DNA of 64,000 nt from Bacillota bacterium (GCA_012516125.1 JAAYXB010000010.1:15984-79983), one strand, 5' to 3'. Counted from the first letter of the stretch, positions 9,184 to 18,863 are shown. Program-made: numbers and translations. Notes: generated by a model not told the origin, from the letters alone.

Positions 9184-10125
9184 TTATCCTTGCGTGCCCT
9201 GCCAGGCGCACGCCTGCCTGTGCTCCGGCTCGTGCTCCCGTTCGTGCTCGGGCTCGTCCTCGTCCCCGTGCTCGTGCTCGCGTTCGTGCTCATGCTCGTG
9301 CTCGCGCTCGCGCTGCCTGAGCCGCTGCGCGGCAGCCACCACATGGGGAATGGCGTTCCACATTTCCGCGACCCGGGTGTACTCTGGCGACTTCGAAAGC
9401 CAGATGAGGAACTCGGCCGTGCCAGAGCTTCCGAGCACCGGCGACGGGGTCAGCCCCAGGATGCCGAACCCCTTCTGGTCGAAGTGGCTCACCAGGCGAG
9501 CAAGCACGTCCCTGTGGACGCCCGGGTCGTCGACGGCGGCTGGCCTCGAGTCCTCAAAGAGGGGCTTTATGAGCGCCACTATGTCGCCCCTCCCGACGAT
9601 GAGGCGGGCAATGATCGGAACCGCCTTCACGAGAGACAGGTAGGAGAGGTCGGCCACTGCCATCTCGGGCGGCGGCACGAGGTCCCCCGGCTCGAGGTCG
9701 CTGATGTTTGTACGCTCAAGTGAGACGACCCTTGGGTCCACCCGTAGCTTTCCCGCAAGCTGCCCGAAGCCCACGTCAACCGCGTACACGAGCCTCGCGC
9801 CCCGTTGCAGCAGGCAATCGGTAAAGCCGCCGGTGGACGCGCCGGCGTCTAGGACCACCTTTCCCGTGACGTCTATCCCGAACTCGCGGAGCGCGTGGTC
9901 CAGCTTCAGCCCGCCACGCCCCACAAAGGGCATATCGATGCCTTTCACCCGCACGTCGGCATCCGACGGCACAAGGGTGCCGGGCTTATCCTCGCGCTGT
10001 CCGTCCACAAGGACCTTGCCCGCCATGATGTAACCGATGGCGGCTCGCCGGCTGTCGAAGAACCCGCGTTCCACCAGGAGTTCATCAAGTCGCCTTTTCT
10101 TCGCGTATCTCACCACGCGGCTCAT
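9184..10125 (-). CDS. tlyA: TlyA family rRNA 2'-O-methyltransferase with His/Glu-rich C-terminal tail
   Basis: S4-like RLDELLVERG, FVGRGGLKL, LDAGASTGGFTDCLLQRGA, LIKPLFE, GSSGTAEFL. Confidence 0.9.
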   Translation of the reverse strand: MSRVVRYAKKRRLDELLVERGFFDSRRAAIGYIMAGKVLVDGQREDKPGTLVPSDADVRVKGIDMPFVGRGGLKLDHALREFGIDVTGKVVLDAGASTGGFTDCLLQRGARLVYAVDVGFGQLAGKLRVDPRVVSLERTNISDLEPGDLVPPPEMAVADLSYLSLVKAVPIIARLIVGRGDIVALIKPLFEDSRPAAVDDPGVHRDVLARLVSHFDQKGFGILGLTPSPVLGSSGTAEFLIWLSKSPEYTRVAEMWNAIPHVVAAAQRLRQREREHEHEHEREHEHGDEDEPEHEREHEPEHRQACAWQGTQG

Positions 10126-10171
10126 CCCCTTCCCTCCTCTTCTCTTGCCACAACACTAATCTCCTTCTCAC

Positions 10172-10590
10172 GACACAAAAGCCACAGTCTTCCAAGGGAC
10201 GAAGACTGTGGCTCCGCGGTACCACCCTTCTTGGCAGGCCTGCTGCAGTCATGAAACACGGTCAGAAAAGCAGAGCCTGACCTCTCATTCGCCAGGCACA
10301 GGCCGTGCGGCCGATGCCCTCCCCTCGTAACGGTGGGGTTCCGGCGCAGCCTACTCGCGGCGCGACGTCTCCGCCGCGCGACACCTCCGTCGCGGTGCAA
10401 AGAGCCCTTCTCTCGGGACCTCAGGCTCTCATGCACCCAGGCGGCCTTGCCTGCCGCTTTCAGCCTGCAGCTCCGGAGCGAACTTCAGCGGAAGCCGGCC
10501 CGGGCGCGCTCGCAGTCTTCGACGCACCCTCCCTTGGGGCCTCATTCCGCTTACTCCTCTCCGTCATTGCCTGTGCATCACGTAACAGCG
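10172..10590 (-). promoter_or_regulatory. T-box riboswitch, Phe (UUC) specifier, with terminator
   Basis: Stem I GCTGAAG-TTC (10480-10482), AGTA/CCGTTA stem II motifs, T-box GGGTGGTACCGCG (10215-10227), terminator GCCACAGTCTTC...GAAGACTGTGGC-TTTT. Confidence 0.9.
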
Positions 10591-10686
10591 TATATCAACC
10601 TACCAGTCCAACTCGTTGAACCGTCTCCGCCAGACTTACCAGGCCTGCGGTGTATGCCCCGGCGGCTTGCGGTGCATAGCCTTCTT

Positions 10687-10758
10687 CACGTGCCGGAACG
10701 GATTCCTCCAAGGAGCGCTTCATCGCAAGCCCCGGACTTCAAGTCCGGCGCGGTTGCC
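10687..10758 (-). mobile_element. Remnant left end of the IS200/IS605-type mini element
   Basis: GGCAACCGCGCCGGACTTGAAGTCCGGGGCTTGCG...CCGTTCCGGCACGT aligns over about 70 bp with the element at 35411-35596. Confidence 0.6.
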
Positions 10759-10892
10759 ACCCCTGGGAACCGGCCGCCGGACTCCATCGCCCGGCCGGGC
10801 CCGTCAACTGCTCATCCTATGTATCTTGCTGTACGCGCCTCGTGCGATCCCCTCTCACCTGCGGGCGACCCGCCGCCCGCTGATACCGGCTG

Positions 10893-10982
10893 CTACTGAG
10901 TAACCAGCATTCTATAAATGAGGTACGCCGTGATCGACCCTGTGAGCTCGAAAAGCCGCCAGAAGAAGTCCGCTCCCAGCAT
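10893..10982 (-). CDS. yqzL: YqzL-family small protein (29 aa, MLGADFFWRLFELTGSITAYLIYRMLVTQ)
   Basis: FW.LFE.TGS..AYL.Y family motif; RBS AAAGGA; below ORF-track cutoff. Confidence 0.75.
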   Translation of the reverse strand: MLGADFFWRLFELTGSITAYLIYRMLVTQ

Positions 10983-11069
10983 CAAGGAACCACGTCCTTT
11001 CAGAGGTGTCGGTCGGACTCTTTGGGTCTCATTATAGCACAGCGAATCCCCGGCCCGCAACAAGGATTC

Positions 11070-11891
11070 TCAGGCTTCCGCGCCACACCCTCCCCGGCCT
11101 GCGGTTCTCTGCCTCGTGGCCTCGTACATGAGGATCGCGCCAGCCACCGCAACGTTGAGCGACTCCAGCCCGCCCGGCATCGGAATCCTCACGCGGCCGT
11201 CGCACATTTCCAGAACATCCTCGGACGGCCCGAACGCCTCACCACCCACAAGAACCGCGCTCGGCCCGGTGAAATCCCAGTGGTAGCACACCGTCTCGGC
11301 CCTGACATCCCCGGCGACGACACGAAGCCCACGCGCTTTGAGGAACGAGACGGCCTCAGTCGCATCTGCACGCTCCTCGGTCGGCATCCGGAACAGGCCT
11401 CCCATGGTCGCCCGGACGCACTTAGGGTTGTAAACGTCCACCGTTCCCCGGGTGACAATGATACCTGCCGCTCCCAGCGCCGCGGCAGTGCGGACGAGCG
11501 TGCCCAGGTTGCCCGGGTCGCGCACGCCGTCCACCACGAGGACGAGCGGGTTCCCGTCCAGGCGCAGCGGCTCGTCGGGCATGGCGGCCACGGCCACGAT
11601 TCCCTGGGGGGTCTCGGTGTCGGACACGGCGGCGAGCACCTCCTCTGTGACCGCGGCGACCTCGGCACCGACCGCCTCCAGGCGCTGCAGGAGCGTCTTT
11701 CCGCGCCCAGATCGAAGAAGATGCGGGGTCACCAGGACCTCGTATATCCTGGCTCCCGCATCCACAGCCTCCTCGATGCTTCTTATGCCCTCAAGCAGAA
11801 ACCGTCGCGTCCCGGCCCGGTGCTCGCGGCGTCCGAGCTTCCTTATCTCCTGGACCCTCGGATTGCGACGGCTCGTTATTATGACCGCCAC
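11070..11891 (-). CDS. TrmH/SpoU family RNA methyltransferase
   Basis: DGVRDPGNLGTLVRTA, VGGEAFG, IPMPGGLESLNVAVA. Confidence 0.93.
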   Translation of the reverse strand: MAVIITSRRNPRVQEIRKLGRREHRAGTRRFLLEGIRSIEEAVDAGARIYEVLVTPHLLRSGRGKTLLQRLEAVGAEVAAVTEEVLAAVSDTETPQGIVAVAAMPDEPLRLDGNPLVLVVDGVRDPGNLGTLVRTAAALGAAGIIVTRGTVDVYNPKCVRATMGGLFRMPTEERADATEAVSFLKARGLRVVAGDVRAETVCYHWDFTGPSAVLVGGEAFGPSEDVLEMCDGRVRIPMPGGLESLNVAVAGAILMYEATRQRTAGRGGCGAEA

Positions 11892-11912
11892 CTGTTACTG
11901 GCCACCGCCTTA

Positions 11913-12278
11913 CTACTGGCCACCGCCGCCGCTTGCCTTCGCGAGCTTCACAAGCTCGCCGAAGGCGTTCTGGTCGTTCATGGCGATCTCGGCAAGGACC
12001 TTCCTGTTTATGTCAACGCCCGCCTTGTGCAGGCCGTCCATGAACCGGCTGTAAGACATCCCATTCATGCGGGCGGCAGCGTTGATCCTGGCGATCCAGA
12101 GCTTCCGGAAATCCCGCTTCTTATTGCGCCTGTCCCTGTACGCGTACTGCAGGGACTTCATTACAGCCTCGTTAGCTCGCCGGAAAACCTTGCTCTTCGC
12201 GCCGGTGAACCCCTTCGCCATCTTCAGGATCTTTTTGTGCCGCCGCCTTGTGACAAATCCGCCTTTTGCTCTCGGCAT
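11913..12278 (-). CDS. rplT: 50S ribosomal protein L20
   Basis: [33 protein letters not shown]. Confidence 0.98.
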   Translation of the reverse strand: MPRAKGGFVTRRRHKKILKMAKGFTGAKSKVFRRANEAVMKSLQYAYRDRRNKKRDFRKLWIARINAAARMNGMSYSRFMDGLHKAGVDINRKVLAEIAMNDQNAFGELVKLAKASGGGGQ

Positions 12279-12332
12279 TGTAGACTCCTCCTCAGGTTCA
12301 GCCTGGACCAGCTTGCGCCCTTGCTCCCTCTT

Positions 12333-12530
12333 CTATGCGTGCCGCAGGAGCCTTTTCACCCTCGCCGCGTCTCCGGACGCAAGCACAGCGGGTTCCCGCA
12401 GGGACCTCTTTACCTTACCGGATTTCTTGCCAGTATTATGTCCGCCGTAGGCCTTGTCCCTCATGATCTTGCCTGAACCCGTAACCCTGAACCTCTTGGC
12501 GGCTCCTTTGTGAGTTTTGACCTTGGGCAC
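12333..12530 (-). CDS. rpmI: 50S ribosomal protein L35
   Basis: (M)PKVKTHKGAAKRFRVTGSGK; GTG start at 12530 with AAGGAG RBS. Confidence 0.97.
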   Translation of the reverse strand: MPKVKTHKGAAKRFRVTGSGKIMRDKAYGGHNTGKKSGKVKRSLREPAVLASGDAARVKRLLRHA

Positions 12531-12608
12531 TTCAAGTCTCTCCTTTTCCGGCACACACCACACCAGGGCGAGGTGCTGCCTTCTCGATCTGCGCGCGTTG
12601 CGCGTGGT

Positions 12609-13124
12609 CTACCCTGTCTGTTTCGGAGCGAGTACCATGATCATGTGCTTGCCCTCTACCCTGGGCTCTCGCTCGATGACTCCATAATCCTTGACCTCTT
12701 CGGCGAGGTCCAAAAGCAACGCCCGCCCAATGTCGGCGTGAACGATCTCGCGGCCACGGAACCTAACGGTGGCCTTGACCTTGTCCCCGTCCTGAAGAAA
12801 CTTCTGAGCATTCCTGACCTTCACCTGGAAATCGTGGCCCTCGATCTTCGGGGTCATCCTGACTTCCTTAATGTCCATGGTCCGCTGCTTCTTCCGGGCC
12901 TCTCTGTCGCGCTTCGCCTGCTCGTACTTGTACTTGCCATAATCGAGCAACCGGCATACGGGCGGCTTGGCGTTGGGCGCGACCTCAACGAGGTCAAGGC
13001 CTCTCTCCGCTGCGATCCGGAGGCCCTCCCTGACCACCATGATCCCGAGCTGCTCGCCGTTCTCATCGATGAGCCTGATCTCCCGGGCCCGGATCGCCTC
13101 GTTCACCCTCAAGTCTTTGGCGAT
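12609..13124 (-). CDS. infC: Translation initiation factor IF-3, probable non-canonical ATC start
   Basis: RVNEAIRAREIRLID, LDLVEVAPNAKPPVC, DGDKVK; SD GGGGTGAGG precedes an in-frame ATC at 13124. Confidence 0.96.
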   Translation of the reverse strand: MAKDLRVNEAIRAREIRLIDENGEQLGIMVVREGLRIAAERGLDLVEVAPNAKPPVCRLLDYGKYKYEQAKRDREARKKQRTMDIKEVRMTPKIEGHDFQVKVRNAQKFLQDGDKVKATVRFRGREIVHADIGRALLLDLAEEVKDYGVIEREPRVEGKHMIMVLAPKQTG

Positions 13125-13360
13125 TGTGCCTCACCCCCAGATTCAATAACTCGCGCACAGCGCGATCATTCCCGAGTTTCCCTGACTCCACGACGCCGCA
13201 GCGCTGCAGGCCGCATCAGATCGGCGGGGCCGTGGCGTATCACACCGGCCGCCACGGCGCGGCGCCGCGTCGGCCGCGGCGTCGCAGAGCGTGTAGCACC
13301 CCGCATAGCATGCATAACGTGCACAAAGAACGTGCATAACGTACACAGAAGACCGGTACG

Positions 13361-13541
13361 GAAAGAGCGGGCCTGCCGCCCGCTCATGGCATAACGCCAC
13401 GCCATGACGCAGCCTGTGCCCCTTCCCCGGCACAAGCTGCGAGAACCTGTAACCTTGCTGGCAACCCGGTTTTGTTGCCTCTCGCGCACCGCTGCTCATC
13501 GAGGCAAGCGCCGCAAGGTGAGAAGCAGACGGCTTCTACTT
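13361..13541 (-). promoter_or_regulatory. L20 leader (ribosomal protein autoregulatory RNA) with terminator
   Basis: AGTAGAAGCCGTCTGCTTCTCACCT 5' motif; GCCGTCTGCTT can pair with GAGCGGGCGGC of the downstream hairpin GAGCGGGCGGCAGGCCCGCTC-TTTC. Confidence 0.75.
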
Positions 13542-13657
13542 GTACCTGCACTCTATGGTGTTTGTCTCTCCCGCTTTACCTGGCTCGCCCAGCGAAACAC
13601 TGGCAAGGTATAACGCACCGCCCCGACCGGGGATCCCGGCCGACCATAGCGCTTCTG

Positions 13658-13686
13658 AGTATAGCACAACGCATGCCCGCGGTCAA
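13658..13686 (-). promoter_or_regulatory. SigA promoter of infC-rpmI-rplT
   Basis: TTGACC-N17-TATACT with extended TG. Confidence 0.8.
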
Positions 13687-13823
13687 TCGTGGTTTCGAGC
13701 GCTCGAGCGCCTCGCTCGTCTGTGTGCCCGCAGAGTGCAACACCGGCGGCCTCCCGGAACACCTCACCCCAGCAAAGCGGCACAGTTCGGCCCCCTGGGA
13801 CCTCCTCACACCTTGGAACCTGC

Positions 13824-15629
13824 TCAGACCTTCTGCTCGACCTCCCGCATAAGCCTGGCCTTGAAATCGGCTAGCGCCATGGGGCCAAGGTCGCCCTCGC
13901 TTCGCGAGCGCACCGAGACTGTCCCCTGCTCGGCCTCCCTGTCACCCGCCACCAGCATGTAGGGCACCTTCTCGAGTTGGGCCTCACGGATCTTGTATCC
14001 CACCTTCTCGCTGCGGTCGTCCACCTCAACCCGGACCTTCGCCTCCATAAGCTCCGAGGCAACTTTCCGCGCGTAGTCGATGTGCCGGTCCGCTATCGGG
14101 ATGACCCGCACCTGGACCGGCGCGAGCCACACGGGGAACGCTCCGGCGTAATGCTCAACCAGCCCGGCAACGAACCGCTCCATCGACCCCAGGACAGTCC
14201 TGTGAATCATCACGGGCCGGTGCGGGGCGTTGTCCTCGCCGACGTACTCAAGGTCGAACCGCTCCGGCAGGTTGAAGTCCACCTGGATCGTGGGGCCCTG
14301 CCAGCCGCGCCCGAGCGCGTCCTTGACCTTCACATCTATCGCTGGACCATAGAACTTGGCCTCGCCCTCCATCCTGGTATATGGAAACCCCTTTCGCTCT
14401 AGCGCCGCCACGAGCGCGCCCTCGGCCATGTTCCATACATCGTCGGACCCCACGTACTTCTCCTTGTTGGCCGGGTCGCGCACCGAGAGCTCCATGTCAT
14501 AGTCCTTGTAGCCGAAGGACTTCATCATGAACTGCACGAGGTCGAGCACGCCCACGAGCTCATCCTCGAGCTGGTCCGGGCGCATGAAGAGGTGAGCGTC
14601 GTCCTGGGTGAACCCGCGCACGCGGAGCATGCCGTGAAGCACACCGCTGCGCTCGTAGCGGTACACCGTGCCGAGTTCGGCCCACCTGATGGGCAGGTCG
14701 CGGTAGGAGCGGGTCCGGGTCTTATACATGAGGATATGGAACGGGCAGTTCATGGGCTTCAGGAGGTACTCGACGCCATCTATGTCGATGGGCGAGTACA
14801 TGTTCTCGCGGTACCAGCCCCAGTGGCCTGATATCTCCCACAGGTCGCGCCGGGCGATGTGGGGCGAGTACACGAGCTGGTAGCCGCGCTTCAAGTGCTC
14901 CTCACGCCAGAAGTCCTCGATCACCTTGCGGATGATGGCACCCTTCGGGTGCCAGTATACGAGGCCCGCCCCTGCCTCCTCGTGGAGGCTAAAGAGGTCG
15001 AGCTCCTTGCCGAGCTTGCGGTGGTCGCGCTTCTCCGCCTCCTCCAGCACGTGCAGGTGGGCCTGGAGCTCGGCCTCGGATGGGAAGGCCGTCCCGTAGA
15101 TGCGCTGGAGCATCTTGCGCTTCTCGTCGCCGCGCCAGTAGGCACCGGCCACGCTGAGCAGCTTGAACGCCCGGAGCTGGCCGGTGGAGGCGAGGTGCGG
15201 GCCGCGGCAGAGGTCCACGAACTCGCCCTGCCGATAGATACTGACCACCTCTTCGTCGGGAAGGTCCTCGATGAGCTCCAGCTTGTAAGGCTCATCGAGC
15301 TTCTGGAAGAGCTGGAGCGCCTCGTCACGCGAGATCTCCTCCCGCACTATCGGCAGGTCCTCGGCGACGATCTTGCGCATCTCCTCCTCGATGCGACCGA
15401 GATCGTCGATGGTGAAAGGCTCGGGCTTGTCGAAGTCGTAGTAGAACCCGTTCTCGATGGCCGGCCCTATGGCGAGCTTCACCTCGGGAAAGAGCCGCTT
15501 CACCGCCTGGGCCAGCACGTGGGCGGTGGAGTGCCGCAGGATCTCGCGGCCTTCCTCGGTGCCGAGATCCACCGATACCTTCGCGTCCTTCGCTCTCGCA
15601 TCGTTCACCCTGGCAGCCGGTTGAGCCAT
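13824..15629 (-). CDS. thrS: Threonine--tRNA ligase (shortened N-terminal TGS region)
   Basis: RHSTAHVLAQAV, DLCRGPH, KRDHRKLG, KPMNCPFH, YRYERSG. Confidence 0.98.
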   Translation of the reverse strand: MAQPAARVNDARAKDAKVSVDLGTEEGREILRHSTAHVLAQAVKRLFPEVKLAIGPAIENGFYYDFDKPEPFTIDDLGRIEEEMRKIVAEDLPIVREEISRDEALQLFQKLDEPYKLELIEDLPDEEVVSIYRQGEFVDLCRGPHLASTGQLRAFKLLSVAGAYWRGDEKRKMLQRIYGTAFPSEAELQAHLHVLEEAEKRDHRKLGKELDLFSLHEEAGAGLVYWHPKGAIIRKVIEDFWREEHLKRGYQLVYSPHIARRDLWEISGHWGWYRENMYSPIDIDGVEYLLKPMNCPFHILMYKTRTRSYRDLPIRWAELGTVYRYERSGVLHGMLRVRGFTQDDAHLFMRPDQLEDELVGVLDLVQFMMKSFGYKDYDMELSVRDPANKEKYVGSDDVWNMAEGALVAALERKGFPYTRMEGEAKFYGPAIDVKVKDALGRGWQGPTIQVDFNLPERFDLEYVGEDNAPHRPVMIHRTVLGSMERFVAGLVEHYAGAFPVWLAPVQVRVIPIADRHIDYARKVASELMEAKVRVEVDDRSEKVGYKIREAQLEKVPYMLVAGDREAEQGTVSVRSRSEGDLGPMALADFKARLMREVEQKV

Positions 15630-16127
15630 TCTTCCGTCACCTCAGTTCATTTCGGTGTTCATTCCTGTTACTGCCCCACGCATTCATTCCACGCCGGAAT
15701 CACGGGTCCGAAGGCCACGTGGGGTTCCGACCTTCCGCCCAAGTAGCACAACTAGAGCTGCGCGACCCCGTGTGGTTCCGTATCTCGCAAAGCATTGTTA
15801 TCGCTCTGCAGTATGGAGCAGTACCCCGCTTTAGCATGCACCTGGATCTGTTGCAACACCTCGTCGTGGCTGCCTTCCCCGGCACGCAGCACGGTCCCGC
15901 CGCCTCTGTCGAGCCTGTGTGCAGCATTCGACGCATTCCGTAACAGACACACGCTGCCTGTCTGAGTATGGCCTGTGCACCCCGACGGTTAACAGGTTTC
16001 CAATCGCGCGACAGATCGCACCACGCCGTGCCGGACACCCGGGACGTGCCCTGGGTTCCCCGCCCCGGCATAGGCCCTGAACGCTCTCTGCCACCTGGAC
16101 GGTGTCAGCCTGCCGTGGTGCTTTCCA

Positions 16128-16480
16128 GAAACAGAAAACAGAAGCCCCCGGCCCTGGAAAACTCCAGGGACGGGGGATGATCCCGCGGTTCCACCCTGAT
16201 TGGCATCGTCCTCTAAGGTTCCCCGGCCTGCAGCCGCCGCAGCCGCCGGGTAGCCCGGTCGGTTATGCCGCAGGCAGCACAGTGAACAACGCCCTCTCAC
16301 CGGGCACGCTAACGGGTGCTGCCGTCGCCGGCTACTCGCGCGAGGGAACGCGCTTTCACCGCGAGGCTCGAAGGGGGTTTTCGGCGCCACGTTGCCGGCG
16401 GGGGCTTCCAGCCGCCGACCCCCGCTCTCTCTCGGGCGCTCCGCCTACTCGTCCTTCTCATCGCCATCCCACGACAACTC
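16128..16480 (-). promoter_or_regulatory. T-box riboswitch, Thr (ACC) specifier
   Basis: GAAA-ACC specifier (16376-16378), T-box AGGGTGGAACCGCG (16184-16196), terminator plus U tract. Confidence 0.9.
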
Positions 16481-16493
16481 GCTTGTTACCGCA

Positions 16494-16522
16494 ATTATAG
16501 GCAAGCCGTCTCTACCTGTCAA
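16494..16522 (-). promoter_or_regulatory. SigA promoter of the thrS leader
   Basis: TTGACA-N17-TATAAT, perfect consensus. Confidence 0.9.
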
Positions 16523-16694
16523 GGCCCGATCGCATCAGCCGGGCCAACAACACCTGCGCCAGTAGGAAGCTCAGACGGTCAAGGCCGGCAAGTTCGGCCG
16601 CCAAGCCGGCAGATGTCCTGTCCATCTCGTGCAGCTTTGCTGCCATTGCCATCCTTGCTTCTCGGGTGAACTCGGACTCCGACATCTTCAACGA

Positions 16695-16893
16695 CTAAGT
16701 GAGGATGCGTTAGTTCTCACCCCTCTTCCAGTAGTTGCCGGGTTGCCGGTGTTGCACTCGGGGACGGCGCCCCAAGCGGGGCGCGCTTCGCCAAAATCCG
16801 GCCCGTCAAGCCAGTGGCCGGATTTTGACACCCCTCGCGCAATCACCGGCAACCCCTCCCAAAAGTCGGGAACATTTCTGCATCCTCACTTAG
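16695..16893 (-). mobile_element. MITE, long form (199 bp)
   Basis: CTAAGTGAGGATGC...GCATCCTCACTTAG terminal inverted repeats; nested AAAATCCGGCC/GGCCGGATTTT hairpin. Confidence 0.85.
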
Positions 16894-17536
16894 TGACATG
16901 GCTATGGGATAACGACACGGCTTATGCCGTGCCCGTCGGGTTTGTCTTGCGCTGCACACGGAACCTCCGACCGTTCACGTGCCAGCAAAGTGCCCCTGCC
17001 GCTTCGTAACATTACTACCCGGCCCTTGTCGATTCCTCCAAAGAATGGTGTCGCTTCCGAATTGTATTTATCGTGAGATGTCCCGAGCTTTCCTGGCTTG
17101 CATGGCCTCATGTGGAGGGCTGCGGTCCATTCGTCACGAAGCCCACAGAGAGTACGCCGCCATCAGGCGGCCTTTACTGTCATGCGTTCTGACAGGCGAT
17201 ATGGACATCTGAACGGTTGCGGCAAGGAACTCGTTTCGACAGAGCGGATAAGTGGGGCGTCACAGTGGACCGCCGCTGCGGGACGATGCGACGCACCCCT
17301 GTTATCAGCAGCTGGCAGAGTGCTCGAAAGGCGCGCATGGGTCAGCGATGGCACCGTTGCGAGCTTAACCCCAAGCTAGGTGAAACAAAAGCTGGCCGAT
17401 ATGCGCAACATGGTTCGTTTCAGAGCAGGCCCTTCGGGCACCAGGGATGTTAATGACGGTAGAGAGGGGTTAAAGGAACTCTCAACAAGGATCACACCAC
17501 AGGCGTCTATGTGAGGAGGCTGTCCGTGTAAGCAGG

Positions 17537-18496
17537 CTAATTTGGATCAGTGCGGCCGCTTGCAGGCAGGTGAGCTTTGGCGTGGTGCGCCGCGCAAAGG
17601 CGGCAGCCGGGGCACACCGACACGCGGTCCTCGAACACCCTCCGGACCGTGTCGGCGACACCTTCGCCCCGGCCGAGGTGAAGGATAATCTTCCTGGGGG
17701 ACACGCTTATGAGCGCACTCATGAGGAGGTCCTCGTAATCGACTTCGGCGTCCACAAGATCGGGAGCGATGCCCTCGAGGTAGTCGTTGTCCACGACCTT
17801 CCCGTCGCTGTCGAGCAGCCTGAAGAGGCCGCCCGGCCTCACTACGACATGCACCTCGTCGAGCTTTGGCTCCTGGATGTCCACGAAATACTTGAGGAGC
17901 CTGATGAACTCGTTATATTCCCGCTCTATCATGTAATCGTCTACGGCGGCGTCCGCGGCCTCGCGCAACTCCTCGACGAAGGCTTTCAGCCTGAAGCGCA
18001 CGAAGCCGTCAAGCACGAGGCAGCTTGCGGTGTCGAGGTAGTCCAGGACCTTGAAGAGCACCTCGCTTCTCCGCCGCGTGAAGGCGCGCGACGTCTCGTC
18101 CCTGTCAGCTCCGCCCGCGCAGCCATCTCCGCCCCCGCTCTGACGGGCAAGCGCAGCGGCCGCGCACGCAACGATCTTCTCCTGCTCTGCCCCGTCGAAG
18201 TATGGGTAGCGTTCACGAACGGTCCTGGCCACAAACTCCTTTGCGACATCACAAACGATCGCATCGGCCAGGGCGCTTGCCACGTGATAGCGCACAAGGT
18301 CCCGCTGGCCCGCCGGGATGCCGCGGCCAGTGTCACGCAAATGGAAGCACAGAAATGTGAGAGGTCCTGCGGACCTCTCGGTCATGTCAACCTCAATTCC
18401 CTTATCACACAGCATCCGGACCTTGCAGGCGAGCCGGTCGCGGACGGCGTCCGTGTGATCCTGGACCCCAATGGCGATGAGTTCCATCAGGATCAC
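17537..18496 (-). CDS. ytxC: Putative sporulation protein YtxC
   Basis: LDGFVRFRLK..AVDDYMIEREYNEFIRLLKYFV, DYEDLLMSALISVSPRKI; upstream of thrS as in Bacillus. Confidence 0.9.
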   Translation of the reverse strand: MILMELIAIGVQDHTDAVRDRLACKVRMLCDKGIEVDMTERSAGPLTFLCFHLRDTGRGIPAGQRDLVRYHVASALADAIVCDVAKEFVARTVRERYPYFDGAEQEKIVACAAAALARQSGGGDGCAGGADRDETSRAFTRRRSEVLFKVLDYLDTASCLVLDGFVRFRLKAFVEELREAADAAVDDYMIEREYNEFIRLLKYFVDIQEPKLDEVHVVVRPGGLFRLLDSDGKVVDNDYLEGIAPDLVDAEVDYEDLLMSALISVSPRKIILHLGRGEGVADTVRRVFEDRVSVCPGCRLCAAHHAKAHLPASGRTDPN

Positions 18497-18511
18497 GCCC
18501 CTTCCCCGAGT

Positions 18512-18538
18512 ATTATATGTCCGGCCCGTACCTCATAT
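18512..18538 (-). promoter_or_regulatory. SigE-type promoter for ytxC
   Basis: ATA-N16-CATATAAT fits SigE consensus ATa-N16/18-cATAcanT. Confidence 0.55.
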
Positions 18539-18606
18539 ACAGTCAAGGTCGGGGCGGCTTCCTTGCATTATCCGGCCCGGCCAGATTTGTCCAGACATGC
18601 CGTTGT

Positions 18607-18642
18607 TATGCAAGCTATCATGCAAGTTCTTATGCAAGTTCA
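18607..18642. repeat. Three 12-bp direct repeats (YATGCAAGYTMW)
   Basis: TATGCAAGCTAT CATGCAAGTTCT TATGCAAGTTCA. Confidence 0.7.
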
Positions 18643-18863
18643 CCTTTGAAATCCGCCCCCAAGACGGAGCAACGGGGTTGCAGTCGCCACCGGGCGACCG
18701 GGACGAGGACGCAGCCACAGGGAGCCACGGCCGGCCACGGTCAGCCATGGCCCGCCACGGACACGGAGTTGATGCTGCCTGGAGGAGTCGATGGCGCATG
18801 GGCCCGGATTGGGACCCGGACGCGGACCCGGATCCGGACCTGGACCCGGACGCGCGAGGGAGA

